A stretch of DNA of 64,000 nucleotides. Source: Eledone cirrhosa (lineage: Eukaryota). Location of the stretch: the NCBI GenBank assembly GCA_964016885.1, contig OZ024740.1, forward strand, positions 9,238,001 to 9,302,000, written 5' to 3'. Each line of letters opens with the position of its first letter. Position 1 is the stretch's first letter. Of this stretch, positions 29,701 to 41,941 are shown piece after piece. Under the pieces are notes generated by a model. The model saw nothing but the letters and a program-made list of their open reading frames with translations, was not told the origin of the DNA and did no database searches. The translations under genes were made by a program, and so were the position numbers.

Positions 29701-32700
29701 TGAGTCAGTTTCTATTGGTATAGCAATTTCTATTGGTATGTCAGTTTTGATTTGTATATAATTTTCGATTCGTATTCAATTTCGATTAGTATGTCAGTTT
29801 CTATTGGTATATCAGTTTCTCTTGGTATATAAGTTTTGAATACTATGTCAGTTTCTATTGGTATATCGGTTTCCATTGGTATATCAGTTTCGATTGGTAT
29901 GTCAGTTTCGATTAGTAAATCAGTTTCTATTTGTATGTCAGTTTCTATTGGTATATCAGTTTCTATTGGTTTATCAGTTTCGATTGGTATGTCAACTTCG
30001 ATTGGTATGTCAGTTTCGATTGGTATATCATTTTCGCATGGTATGTCGGTTTCGATTGGTATGTCAGTTTCGATTGGTATGTCAGTTTCTATTGGTATAT
30101 CAGTTTCGATTGATATATCAGTTTCGATTAGTATGTCAGTTTCTATTGATGTGTCAGTTTCGATTAGTATATCAGTTTCTATTGGTATATCAGTTTTGAT
30201 TGGTATGTCAGTTTCGATTGGTATGTTAGTCCTCGATTTGTTTGTCAGTTTCTATTGGTATATCAGTTTCGATTGGTATGTCAGTTTCGATTGGTATATC
30301 AGTTTCTATTGGTATATCAGTTTCAAATGGTATGTCAGTTTCTATTGGTATGTCAGTTTTGATTAGTATATCAGTTTCTATTGCTATGTCAATTTTCGAT
30401 TGGTATGTCAGTTTCTATTGGTATATCAGTTTCTATTGGTATATCAGTTTCGATTGGTATATCAGTTTCGATTGGTATGTCAGTTTCTATTGGTATGTCA
30501 GTTTCTATTGGTATGTCAGTTTCAATTGGTATATCAATTTCGATTGGTATGTCAGATTTATTTGTATGTCAATTTCGATTGGTATATCATTTTCGATTGG
30601 TATGTCAGTTTCTATTGGTATATCAGTTTATATTTGTATGTCAGTTTCGATTGGAATGTCAGTTTCTATTGGTATATCAGTTTTGATTGGTATGTGAGTT
30701 TCTGTTGGTATGTCAGTTTCTCTTGGTATATAAGTTTCGAATACTATGTCAGTTTCTATTGGTATATCGGTTTCCATTGGTATATCAGTTTCGATTGGTA
30801 TGTCAGTTTCTATTGTTATGTCAGTTTTCATTGGTATGTCAGTTTCTATTGGTATATGAGTTTTTATTGGTATATCAGTTTCTATTCGTATGTCAGTTTC
30901 TATTGGTATATCAGTTTTGATTGGTATGTTAGTTTCTATTGTTATGTCAGTTTCGATTAGTATATCAGTTTCTATTGGTATGTCAGTTTCGATTGGTATG
31001 TCAGTTTTGATTTGTATGTCAGTTTCTATGTGTATATCAGTTCCGATTGGTATATCACTTTCGATTGGTACGTCAGTTTCTATTATTATATCAGTTTCTA
31101 TTGGTATGTCAATTTCGATTGATATATCAGTTTCGATTAGTATGTCAGTTTCTATTGATATGTCAGTTATGATTAGTATATCAGTTTCTATTGGTATGTC
31201 AGTTTCTATTGGTATATGAGTTTCAATTGGTATATCAGTTTTAATTGGTATATCAGTTTTGATTGGTATGTTAGTTTCTGTTGGTATGTCTGTTCCGATT
31301 GGTATGTCAGTTCCGATTGGTATGTTAGTCCTCGATTCGTATGTCAGTTTCTATTGGTATATCAATTTCCATTGGTATGTCAGCTTAGATTGGTATGTCA
31401 GTTTCTATTGGTATATCAGTTCCTATTGGTATATCAGTTTCGATTGGTATGTCAGTTTCGATTAGTAAATCAGTTTCTATTTGTATGTCAGTTTCTATTG
31501 GTATATCAGTTTCTATTGGTATATCAGTTTCGATTGGTACGTCAATTTCGATTGGTATGTCAGTTTCGATTGGTATATCAGTTTCGATTGGTATGTCAGT
31601 TTCGATTGGTATGTCAGTTTCGATTGGTATATCAGTTTCGATTGATATATCAGTTTCGATTAGTATATCAGTTTCTATTGATGTGTCAGTTTTGATTAGT
31701 ATATCAGTTACTATTGGTATATCAGTTTTGATTGGTATGTCAGTTTCGATTGGTATGTTAGTCCTCGATTTGTTTGTCAGTTTCTATTGGTATATCAGTT
31801 TCCATTGGTATGTCAGTTTCGATTGGTATATCAGTTTCTATTGGTATATCAGTTTCAAATGGTATGTCAGTTTCTATTGGTATGTCAGTTTTGATTAGTA
31901 TATCAGTTTCTATTGGTATATCAGTTTCGATTGGTATGTCAATTTCGATTGGTATGTCAGTTTCTATTGGTATATCACTTCCTATTGGTATATCAGTTTC
32001 TATTGGTATATCAGTTTCGATTGGTATATCAGTTTCTATTAGTATATCAGTTCGGATTGGTATATCAGTTTCGATCGGTATGTCAGTTTCGATTAGTATA
32101 TCAGTTTCTATTGGTATGTCAGTTTCGATTGGTTCGTCAGTTTCTATTGGTATATCAGTTTCTATTGGTATATCAGTTTCAATTGGTATGTCAGTTTCTA
32201 TTGGTACATCAGTTTCGATTGATATACCAGTTTCGATTAGTATGTCAGTTTCTATTGGTATGTCAGTTTAGATTAGTATATCAGTTTCAATTGGTATGTC
32301 AGTTTCGATTGGTATGTCAGTTTCTATTGGTATATCAGTTTTGATTGGTATATCAGTTTTGATTGGTATATCAGTTTCGATTGGTATGTCAGTTTCTATT
32401 GGTATGTCAGTTTCTATTGGTATGTCAGTTTCAATTGGTATATCAGTTTCGATTGGTATGTCAGTTTCTATTGGTATATCAGTTTCGATTGGTATGTCAG
32501 TTTTGATTAGTATATCAGTTTCTATTGTTATGTCAGTTTCTATTTGTATATCAATTTCGATTGATATATCAGTTTCGATTAGTATGTCAGTTTCGATTCG
32601 TATGTCAGTTTCTATTGATGTGTCAGTTTCGATTAGTATATCAGTTTCTATTGGTATATCAGTTTTGATTGGTATGTCAGTTTCTATTGGTATATCAGTT

Positions 32701-35700
32701 TCAAATGGTATGTCAGTTTCTATTGGAATGTCAGTTTTGATCAGTATATCAGTTTCTATTGGTATATCAGTTTCGATTGGTATGTCATTTTCGATTGGTA
32801 TGTCAGTTTCTATTGGTATATCAGTTCCTATTGGTATATCAGTTTCTATTGGTATATCAGTTTCGATTGGTATATCAGTTTCTATTAGTATATCAGTTCC
32901 GATTGGTATATCAGTTTTGATTGGTATGTCAGTTTCGATTGGTATGTTAGTCCTCGATTTGTTTGTCAGTTTCTATTGGTACATCAGTTTCGATTGATAT
33001 ACCAGTTTCGATTAGTATATCAGTTTCTATTGGTATGTCAGTTTCGATTGGTATGTCAGTTTCTATTGGTAGATCAGTTTCGATTGGTATATCAGTTTCG
33101 ATTGGTATATCAGTTTCGATTGGTATGTCAGTTTCTATTGGTATGTCAGTTTCCATTGGTATGTCAGTTTCAATTGGTATATCAGTTTCGATTGGTATGC
33201 CAGATTTATTGGTATGTCAATTTCGATTGGTATATCAGTTTCGATTGCTATGTCAGTTTCTATTGGTATATCAGTTTTGATTGGTATGTTAGTTTCTGTT
33301 GGTATCTCAGTTCCGATTGGTATATCAGTTTCGATTAGTATGTCAGTTTCGATTCGTATGTCAGTTTCTATTGGTATATCAATTTCGATTGGTATGTCAG
33401 TTTCGATTGGTATGTCAGTTTCTATTGGTATATCAGTTTCGATTGGTATGTCAGTTTTGATTGGTATGCCAGTTTCTACTGGTATATCAGTTTCGATTGG
33501 TATATCAGTTTCTATTAGTATATCAGTTCCGATTGGTATATCAGTTTCGATTGGTATGTCAGTTTCGATTACTATGTCAGTTTCTATTGGTATGTCAGTT
33601 TTGATTGGTATATCAGTTTCTATTGGTATATCAGTTTCTATTGCTATATCAGTTTCTATTGGTATGTCAGTTTCTATTGCTATATCAGTTTCTATTGGTA
33701 TGTCAGTTTCGATTAGTATATCATTTTCTATTGGTGTGTCAGTTTCGATTGGTATGTTAGTCCTCGATTTGTATGTCAGTTTCTAATGGTATATCAATTT
33801 CGATTGGTAGGTCAGTTTCTATTGGTATGTCAGTTTCTATTTGTATGTCAGTTTCGATTGGTATGTCAGTTTCTATTGGTATATCAGTTTCTATTTGTAT
33901 GTCAGTTTCGATTGGTATGTCAGTTTCTATTGTTATGTCAGTTTCGATTAGTATATCACTTTCTATTGGTATATCAGTTTCGATTGGTATGTCAGTTTTG
34001 ATTGGTATGACAGTTTCTATGTGTATATCAGTTCCGATTGGTATATCACTTTCGATTGGTATGTCAGTTTCTATTATTATATCAGTTTCTATTGGTATGT
34101 CAATTTCGATTGATATATCAGTTTCGATTAGTATGTCAGTTTCTATTGATATGTCAGTTACGATTGGTATATCAGTTTCTATTGGTTTGTCAGTTTCTAT
34201 TGGTATATCAGTTTCAATTGGTATGTAAGCTTCGATTAATATATCAGTTTCTATTGGTATGTGAGTTTCTATTGGTATATCAGTCTCGATTGCTATGTCA
34301 ATTTCGATTGGTATATCAGTTTCTATTAGTATATCAGTTACGATTGGTATATCAGTTTCGATTGGTATGTCAGTTTCGATTACTATATCAGTTTCTATTG
34401 GTATGTCAGTTTTGATTTGTTTGTCAGTTTCTATTGGTATATCAGTTTCTATTGGTATATCAGTTTCTATTGGTAGGTCAGTTTCTATTGGTATATCAGT
34501 TTCGATTGATATACCAGTTTCGATTAGTATGTCAGTTTATATTGGTATGTCAGTTTCGATTAGTATATCAGTTTCAATTGGTATATCAGTTTCGATTTGT
34601 ATGTCAGTTTCTACTGGTATGTAAGTTTCGATTAGTATATCATTTTCGATTGGTATGTCAGTTTCTATTGGTATATCAGTTTCGATTGGTACGTCAGTTT
34701 CGATTAGTATATCAGTTACTATTGGTATGTCAGTTTCTATTGGTATATCAATTTCGATTGGTATATCTGTTTCGATTAGTATGTTAGTCCTCGATTTGTA
34801 TGTCAGTTTCTAATGGTATATCAATTTCGATTGGTAGGTCAGTTTCTATTGGTATGTCAGTTTCTATTTGTATGTCAGTTTCGAATGGTATGTCAGTTTC
34901 TATTGGTATATCAGTTTCTATTTGTATGTCAGTTTCGATTGGTATGTCAGTTTCTATTGTTATGTCAGTTTCGATTAGTATATCACTTTCTATTGGTATA
35001 TCAGTTTCGATTGGTATGTCAGTTTTGATTGGTATGTCAGTTTCTATGTGTATATCAGTTCGGATTGGTATATCACTTTCGATTGGTATATCAGTTTCTA
35101 TTACTATGTCAGTTTCTATTGATATGTCAGTTTCTATTGGTATATGAGTTTCAATTGGTATATCAGTTTTAATTGGTATATCAGTTTCGATTGGTATGTA
35201 AGTTAATATTAGTATATCAGTTTCTATTGGTATGTGAGTTTCTATAGGTATATCAGTTTCGATTGCTATGTCAATTTCGATTGGTATATCAGTTTCTATT
35301 AGTATATCAGTTCCGATTGGTATATCAGTTTCGATTGGTATGTCAGTTTCGATTACTATATCAGTTTCTATTGGTATGTCAGTTTATATTGGTATGTCAG
35401 TTTCGATTAGTATATCAGTTTCAATTGGTATATCAGTTTCGATTGGTATGTCAGTTCTTATTGGTATGTCAGTTTCTATTGGTATGTCAGTTTCAATTGG
35501 TATATCAGTTTCGAATGGTATGTCAGATTTATTGGTATGTCAATTTCGATTGGTATATCAGTTTTGATTTGTATGTCAGTTTCTATTGGTATGTAAGTTT
35601 CGATTAGTATATCATTTTCGATTGGTATGTCAGTTTCTATTGGTATATCAGTTTTGATTGGTATGTTAGTTTCTGTTGGTATATCAGTTTCGATTAGTAT

Positions 35701-37171
35701 GTCAGTTTCGATTCGTATGTCAGTTTCAATTGGTATGTCAGTTTCGATTGGTATGTCAGTTTTGATTGGTATATCAGTTTCGATTGGTATGTCAGTTTCG
35801 ATTACTATATCAGTTTCAATTGGTATGTCAGTTTTGATTGGTTTGTCAGTTTCTATTGGTATATCAGTTTCTATTGGTATGACAGTTTCGATTAGTATAT
35901 CAGTTTCTATTGGTATGTCAGTTTCGATTGTTATGTTAGTCCTCGATTTGTATCTCAGTTTCTATTGGTATAGTAATTTCGATTGGTAGGTCAGTTTCTA
36001 TTGGTATGTCAGATTCTATTGGTATATTAATTTCGATTTGTATGTTAGTTTCGATTAGTATATCGGATTCTATTGGTATGTGAGTTTCGATTGGTAGGTC
36101 AGTTTCTATTGGTAAGACAGTTACTATTTGTATGTCAGTTTCGATTGGTATGTCAGTTTCGATTGGTATGTCAGTTTCTATTGGTATATCAGTTTCGATT
36201 GGTATGTCAGTTTTGATTGGTGTGTCAGTTTCTATGTGTATATCAGTTCCGATTGGTATATCACTTTCGAGTGGTATGTCAGTTTCTATTATTATATCAG
36301 TTTCTATTGGTATGTCAATTTCGATTGATATATCAGTTTCGACTAGTATGTCAATTTCTATTGATATGTCAGTTACGATTAGTATATCAGTTTCTATTGG
36401 TATATGAGTTTCAATTGGTATATCAGTTTTAAATGGTATAACAGTATCGATTGGTATGTCAGTTTCGATTAGTATATCAGTTTCTATTGGTATGTGTGTT
36501 TCTATTGGTATATCAGTTTCGATTGCTATGTCAATTTCGATTGGTATTTCAGTTTCGATTGGTATATCAGTTTTGATTTGTATGTCAGTTTCGATTGGTA
36601 TATCAGTTTCGATTTATATGTCAGTTTCGATTGGTAGGTCAGTTTCTATTGGTATATCAGTTTCTATTGGGATGTCAGTTTCTATTGGTATATCAGATTC
36701 GATTGGTATATTAGTTTCTATTGGTATATCAGTTTTGATTGGTATGTCAGTTTCATTGGTATATCTGTTTCGATTTGTATATCAGTTTCTATTGGTATAT
36801 CAGTTTCGAATGGTATATCAGTTTATATTGGTATGTCAGGTTTGATTAGTATATCAGTTTCTATTGGTATGTCAGTTTCGATTGGTATGTCAGTTTCGAT
36901 TGGTATGTCAGTTTCGATTGGTATATCAGTTTCTATTGGTATATCAGTTTCAAATGGTATGTCAGTTTCTATTGGTATGTCAGTTTTGATTAGTATATCA
37001 GTTTCTATTGGTATGTCAATTTTCGATTGGTATGTCAGTTTCTATTGGTATATCTGTTTCCATTGGTATGTCAATTTCGATTGGTATGTCAGTTTCTATT
37101 GGTATATCAGTTTCAAATGGTATGTCAGTTTCTATTTGTATATCAGGTTCGATTGGTATATCAGTTTCCAT

Positions 37172-39289
37172 CCTCATTTACAGTGAGTGCTGGGTGCTTT
37201 TTGTTGGCGCCTACACGTCCACTTTACAGTGTGGGCTGGGTGCTTTTTTGCCGTGGCACCTCCACGGCCACCTTGCGATGGGGGGGGAGGGGCATATTGT
37301 TTATATGCTTCAGCATGTACCCATGGGAGGTCGGGTACCCTGTATTACTGCGTGACGCCAGAAGTCACGGTCGTGTGTCATTGACTTTGAGAGGTGTAGT
37401 TGGGTAAGGTCGGCTTTTATCACCTCATCCCAAGTCATCTTGGGTCTCCCCACTCCGCGGTTTCCATCAACTTCTAGTGCTCTGCACCTTTTTATGCAGC
37501 TGTCATCCTTCATACGCATCACATGTCCATACCAGCGTAACCGCCTCTCCTGCACGCAGCATTTGATTCCTCTTATGCTCAGTCTCTCTCTCAATTCCTT
37601 TATGCTTTGTCGTTCACGTATATTACTGTTACACATCCATCGGAGCATGCAGGCTTCGTTTCTCTCTAATCTACGTAAGTCTTCCACCTTCAGCGCCCAG
37701 GTCTCACTACCATGCAACATCGCTGTTCGGATACACGCATCATACAGTCTGCCTTTCATTCTGAGGGAGAAGCCTTTTGCAGCTAGCAGTGGTAGTAGTT
37801 CCCTAAACTTCTTCCATCCCGTTCTTACCCTAGTTATTGTACTTTCTGAGCACCCACCTCCGTTGCTAATTCGGTCACCTAGGTTGCAGAAGCTGTCTAC
37901 TGTTTCTACAGGGCCCTCCCAGAGATTGGTGGTACTTGTTTCCTGTGGCTGTTTGCTTGCTGTTTCAGCACAGCTGCTGCATGTGAATCCTACATTCTTA
38001 ATTAAGCTTCCTGAGATCCCGCTACATCTCTTGTGTACCCATTGTTTGCATTTGGGGCAGAGAATGGAGTTCCTACCTACACCTTTCCTACATACTGAGC
38101 AAGGCCATTTCCCTGAGGGGATCTGGGTTCTGTTTTCTCGTCTACTTATAAGGACCTTAGTCTTTGTCATGTTGACTTTGAGGCCCTTTCTCTCTAGTCC
38201 CTGCTTCCAGGTTTGGAATTTATTCTCTAGTTCTACCATAGATTCAGCTATGAGTGTGAGGTCATCAGCATACAGGAGTTCCCATGGGCATCCGGTCTTA
38301 AACTCCTCCGTTATTGCCTGCAGGACTATGATGAACAGGAGAGGGCTAAGAACAGAGCCCTGGTGGACCCCAACCTGTACGCTAAATTCCTCGCTATACT
38401 CATTGCTAATCCTAACTTTGCTGACTGCTCCCCTATACATGGCTTGTACCGCTTTCACAAGCCATTCATCTACTCCTAGTTTTCTAAGAGCCCACCAGAT
38501 TACTGCACGTGGAACTCTGTCAAAGGCTTTCTCAAGGTCGACAAATGCCAAGTAGAGTGGCTTACTTTTAGCTAGGTACTTTTCCTGTAATTGCCTCACA
38601 AGGAAGAGGGCATCAGTGGTGCCTTTCCCTGGTACAAACCCAAATTGCATCTCGTCTATATTCACCCGGTCCCTAATCAGCTGTGCTATAACTCTTTCTG
38701 TTACTTTCATGACCTGGTCCATCAACTTTATACCTCTATAGTTTCCTCTATCTAGTGCATCGCCTTTACCTTTGTAGCAGTTGACAATGATGCTACTGCA
38801 CCAATCTTTTGGTATGGCCCCCTCTAGTATTACCTGGTTAACGATACGTGTGGTTATAGTGTGACCTACAGACCCAGATGCCTTCAGCATCTCGGCAGCT
38901 ATACCCGATGGACCGGTTGCCTTCCCTATCTTCATATCTCTGATTGCCTTACTTACTACGCTGCTGCTGACTTGTACTGCTGGTCCCTCTATAGGGTCTA
39001 CGTGGGGTAGGGTCTCTTCTTCCCATGCATTCTCCTCATTTAGTAATCTATCATAATGACTCTTCCATGCATCTTTCTTCTCAGCACTTGTGAGGGCAAG
39101 CTCACCTTTATCATTCCGGATACACTTCTCTCCAATGACATCACAACTATCTCTGATACACTGCCTCGCAATCTTGAATACCTCCTGTTTCTGGTCCTCA
39201 CGTTGTAAAACATGCTTGAATTTTCTATCCTCTGCTTCCCTCCTAGCTAAGTATACTTGTCGCCTAGCTTCCCTCTTGGTCTCTATGTA
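37172..39289 (-). mobile_element. RTE-clade LINE, family A copy 2, 5'-truncated in the EN-RT linker and missing the last ~157 nt of the 3' UTR including the tail
   Basis: Complete RT motifs NYRGIKL, QFGF, FVDLEKAFDRV, GVHQGSVLSPLLF, YADD. The 3' UTR matches copy 1 only from CCTCATTTACAG (2579) onward. Confidence 0.95.
37310..39289 (-). pseudogene. 5'-truncated ORF: linker, complete RT domain with PHD finger, C-terminal region; no endonuclease
   Basis: Track ORF 37310..38935 (541 aa); the frame is open 118 codons further upstream (YIETKREARRQVYLARR...) to the junction, with no stops or frameshifts seen. Confidence 0.9.
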
Positions 39290-41897
39290 ATGTCAGTTTC
39301 GTATGGTGTGTCAGTTTCGTATATGTGATTCGTATGTCAGTTTCGATTGGTGTGTCAGTTTCGATTGGTATGTCAGTTTCTATTGGTATATCAGTTTTGA
39401 TTGGTATATCAGTTTCTATTGGTATATCAGTTCCAATTGGTATATCAGTTTCGATTGGTATGTCAGTTTCTATTGGTATATCAGTTTCGATTGATATATC
39501 AGTTTCGATTAGTATGTCAGTTTCTATTGGTATGTCAGTTTCGATTAGTATATCAGTTTCTATTGGTATGTAAGTTTCGATTGGTATGTCTGTTTCTATC
39601 TGTATATCAGTTTCGATTGGTATATCAGTTTTGATTGGTATATCAGTTTCGATTGGTATGACAGTTTCTATTGGTATGTCAGTTTCTATTGGTATGTCAG
39701 TTTCGATTGGTATGTCAGTTTTATTGGTATGTCAATTTCGATTGGTATATCAGTTTCGATTGGTATGTCAGTTTTATTGGTATGTAAATTTCAATTGGTA
39801 TATCAATTTCGATTGGTATGTCAATTTCTATTGGTATATCAGTCTATATTTGTATGTCTGTTTCGATTGGTATGTCAGTTTCTATTGTTATATCAGTTTT
39901 GATTGGTATGTTAGTTTCTATTGGTATGTCAGGTCCGATTGGTATGTTAGTCCTCGATTCGTATGTCAGTTTCTATTGGTATATCAATTTTTCGATTGGT
40001 ATGTCAGTTTCTATTGGTCTGTTAGTTTCTATTGGTATGTCAGTTTCGATTAGTATATCAATTTCTATTGGTATATCAGTTCCGATTGGTATATCAGTGT
40101 CTATTGGTATGTCAATTTTGATTGGTTTGTCAGTTTCTATTGGTATATCAGTTTCTATTGGTATATCAGTTTCTATTGGTATGTCAGTTTCTATTGGTAT
40201 GTCAGTTTTGATTGGTATGTTAGTTTCTATTGGTATGACAGTTTCGATTAGTATATCAGTTTCTATTGGTATGTCAGTTTCGATTGGTATGTTAGTCCTC
40301 GATTTGTATGTCAGTTTCTATTGGTATAGCAATTTCAATCGGTAGGTCAGTTTCTATTGGTATGTCAGATTCTATTGGTATATCAATTTCGATTGGTATG
40401 TCAGTTTCGATTTGTATACCAGTTTCGATTCGTATGTCAGTTTCGATTTGTATGTCAGTTTCGATTGGTATGTCAGTTTCGATTTGTATGTCAGTTTCTA
40501 TTGGTATATCGGTTTCCATTGGTATATCAGTTTCGATTAGTATATCAGTTACTATTTGTATGTCAGTTTTGATTGGTATATCAATTTCTATTGGTATGTG
40601 AGTTTCTATTGGTATGTCATTTTCGATTGGTATATCAGTTTCGATTAGTATGTCAGTTTTTATTGGTATATCGGTTTCTATTGGTATATCAGTTTTGATT
40701 GGTATGTCAGTTTCGATTGGTATATCAGTATCGATTAGTAGTCAGTTTCTATTGGTATATCGGTTTCCATTGGTATATCAGTTTCGATTGGTATATCAGT
40801 TTCGATTGGTATATCAGTTTCGATTGGTATGTAAGTTTCTATTGGTATCTCAGATTCAATTAGTATATCAGTTTCGATTGGTATGTCAGTTTCGATTAGT
40901 ATATCAGTTTCTATTGGTATGTCAGTTTCTATTGGTATATCAATTTCGATTGGTATATCAGTTTCGATTAGTATGTCAGTTACGATTCGTATGTCAGTTT
41001 CGATTTGTATGTCAGTTTCGATTGGTATGTCAGTTTCTATTAGTATGTCAGTTTCTATTGGTATATCAGTTTCTATTGGTATGTCAGTTTTGATTGGTAT
41101 GTCAGTTTCTATTGGTATATCAGTTTCGATTGGTATATCAGTTTCTATTGGTATATCAGTTCCGATTGGTATATCAGTTTCGATTGGTATGTCAGTTTCG
41201 ATTACTATATCAGTGTCTATTGGTATGTCAGTTTTGATTGGTTTGTCAGTTTCTATTGGTATATCAGTTTCTATTGGTATATCAGTTTCTATTGGTACGT
41301 CAGTTTCTATTGGTATGTCAGTTTTGATTGGTATGTTAGTTTCTATTGGTATGGCAGTTTCGATTAGTATATCAGTTTCTATTTTTATGTTAGTTTCGAG
41401 TGGTATGTTAGTCCTCGATTTGTATGTCAGTTTCCATTGGTATAGCAATTTCGATTGGTAGGTCAGTTTCTATTGGTATGTCAGATTCTATTGGTATATC
41501 AATTTCGATTGGTATGTCAGTTTCGATTTGTATGTCAGTTTCGATTCGTATGTCAGTTTCGATTGGTGTGTCAGTTTCGATTGGTATGTCAGTTTCTATT
41601 GGTATATCAGTTTCGATTGGTATATCAGTTTCTATTGGTATATCAGTTCCGATTGGTATATCAGTTTCGATTGGTATGTCAGTTTCTATTGGTATATCAG
41701 TTTTGATTGATATATCAGTTTCGATTAGTATGTCAGTTTCTATTGCTATGTCAGTTTCAATTAGTATATCATTTTCTATTGGTATGTAAGTTTCGATTGG
41801 TATGTCTGTTTCTATCTGTATATCAGTTTCGATTGGTATATCAGTTTTGATTGGTATATCAGTTTCGATTGGCATGATAGTTTCTATTGGTATGTCA
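39290..41897 (+). repeat. 18-bp tandem satellite, segment 3, between the two divergently oriented LINEs
   Basis: Same monomer and orientation; related to about 45300-47630 (ORF pairs 40308/46166, 41424/47336). Confidence 0.98.
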
Positions 41898-41941
41898 TAA
41901 ATGTAGGCACCCTAAAGGGTCTCGCTAACGAGGTTGTAGAA

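Larger units (their letters stand above)
3834..37171 (+). repeat. 18-bp tandem satellite, segment 2
   Basis: Same monomer and orientation; homogeneous, recently duplicated blocks to about 21.8 kb, more diverged monomers after that. Confidence 0.98.

Noticed and set aside
2422-39289. Family A copies as duplicates of a single insertion
   Set aside because: Flanks differ, copy 1 fits a contiguous empty site, and each copy has sequence the other lacks.
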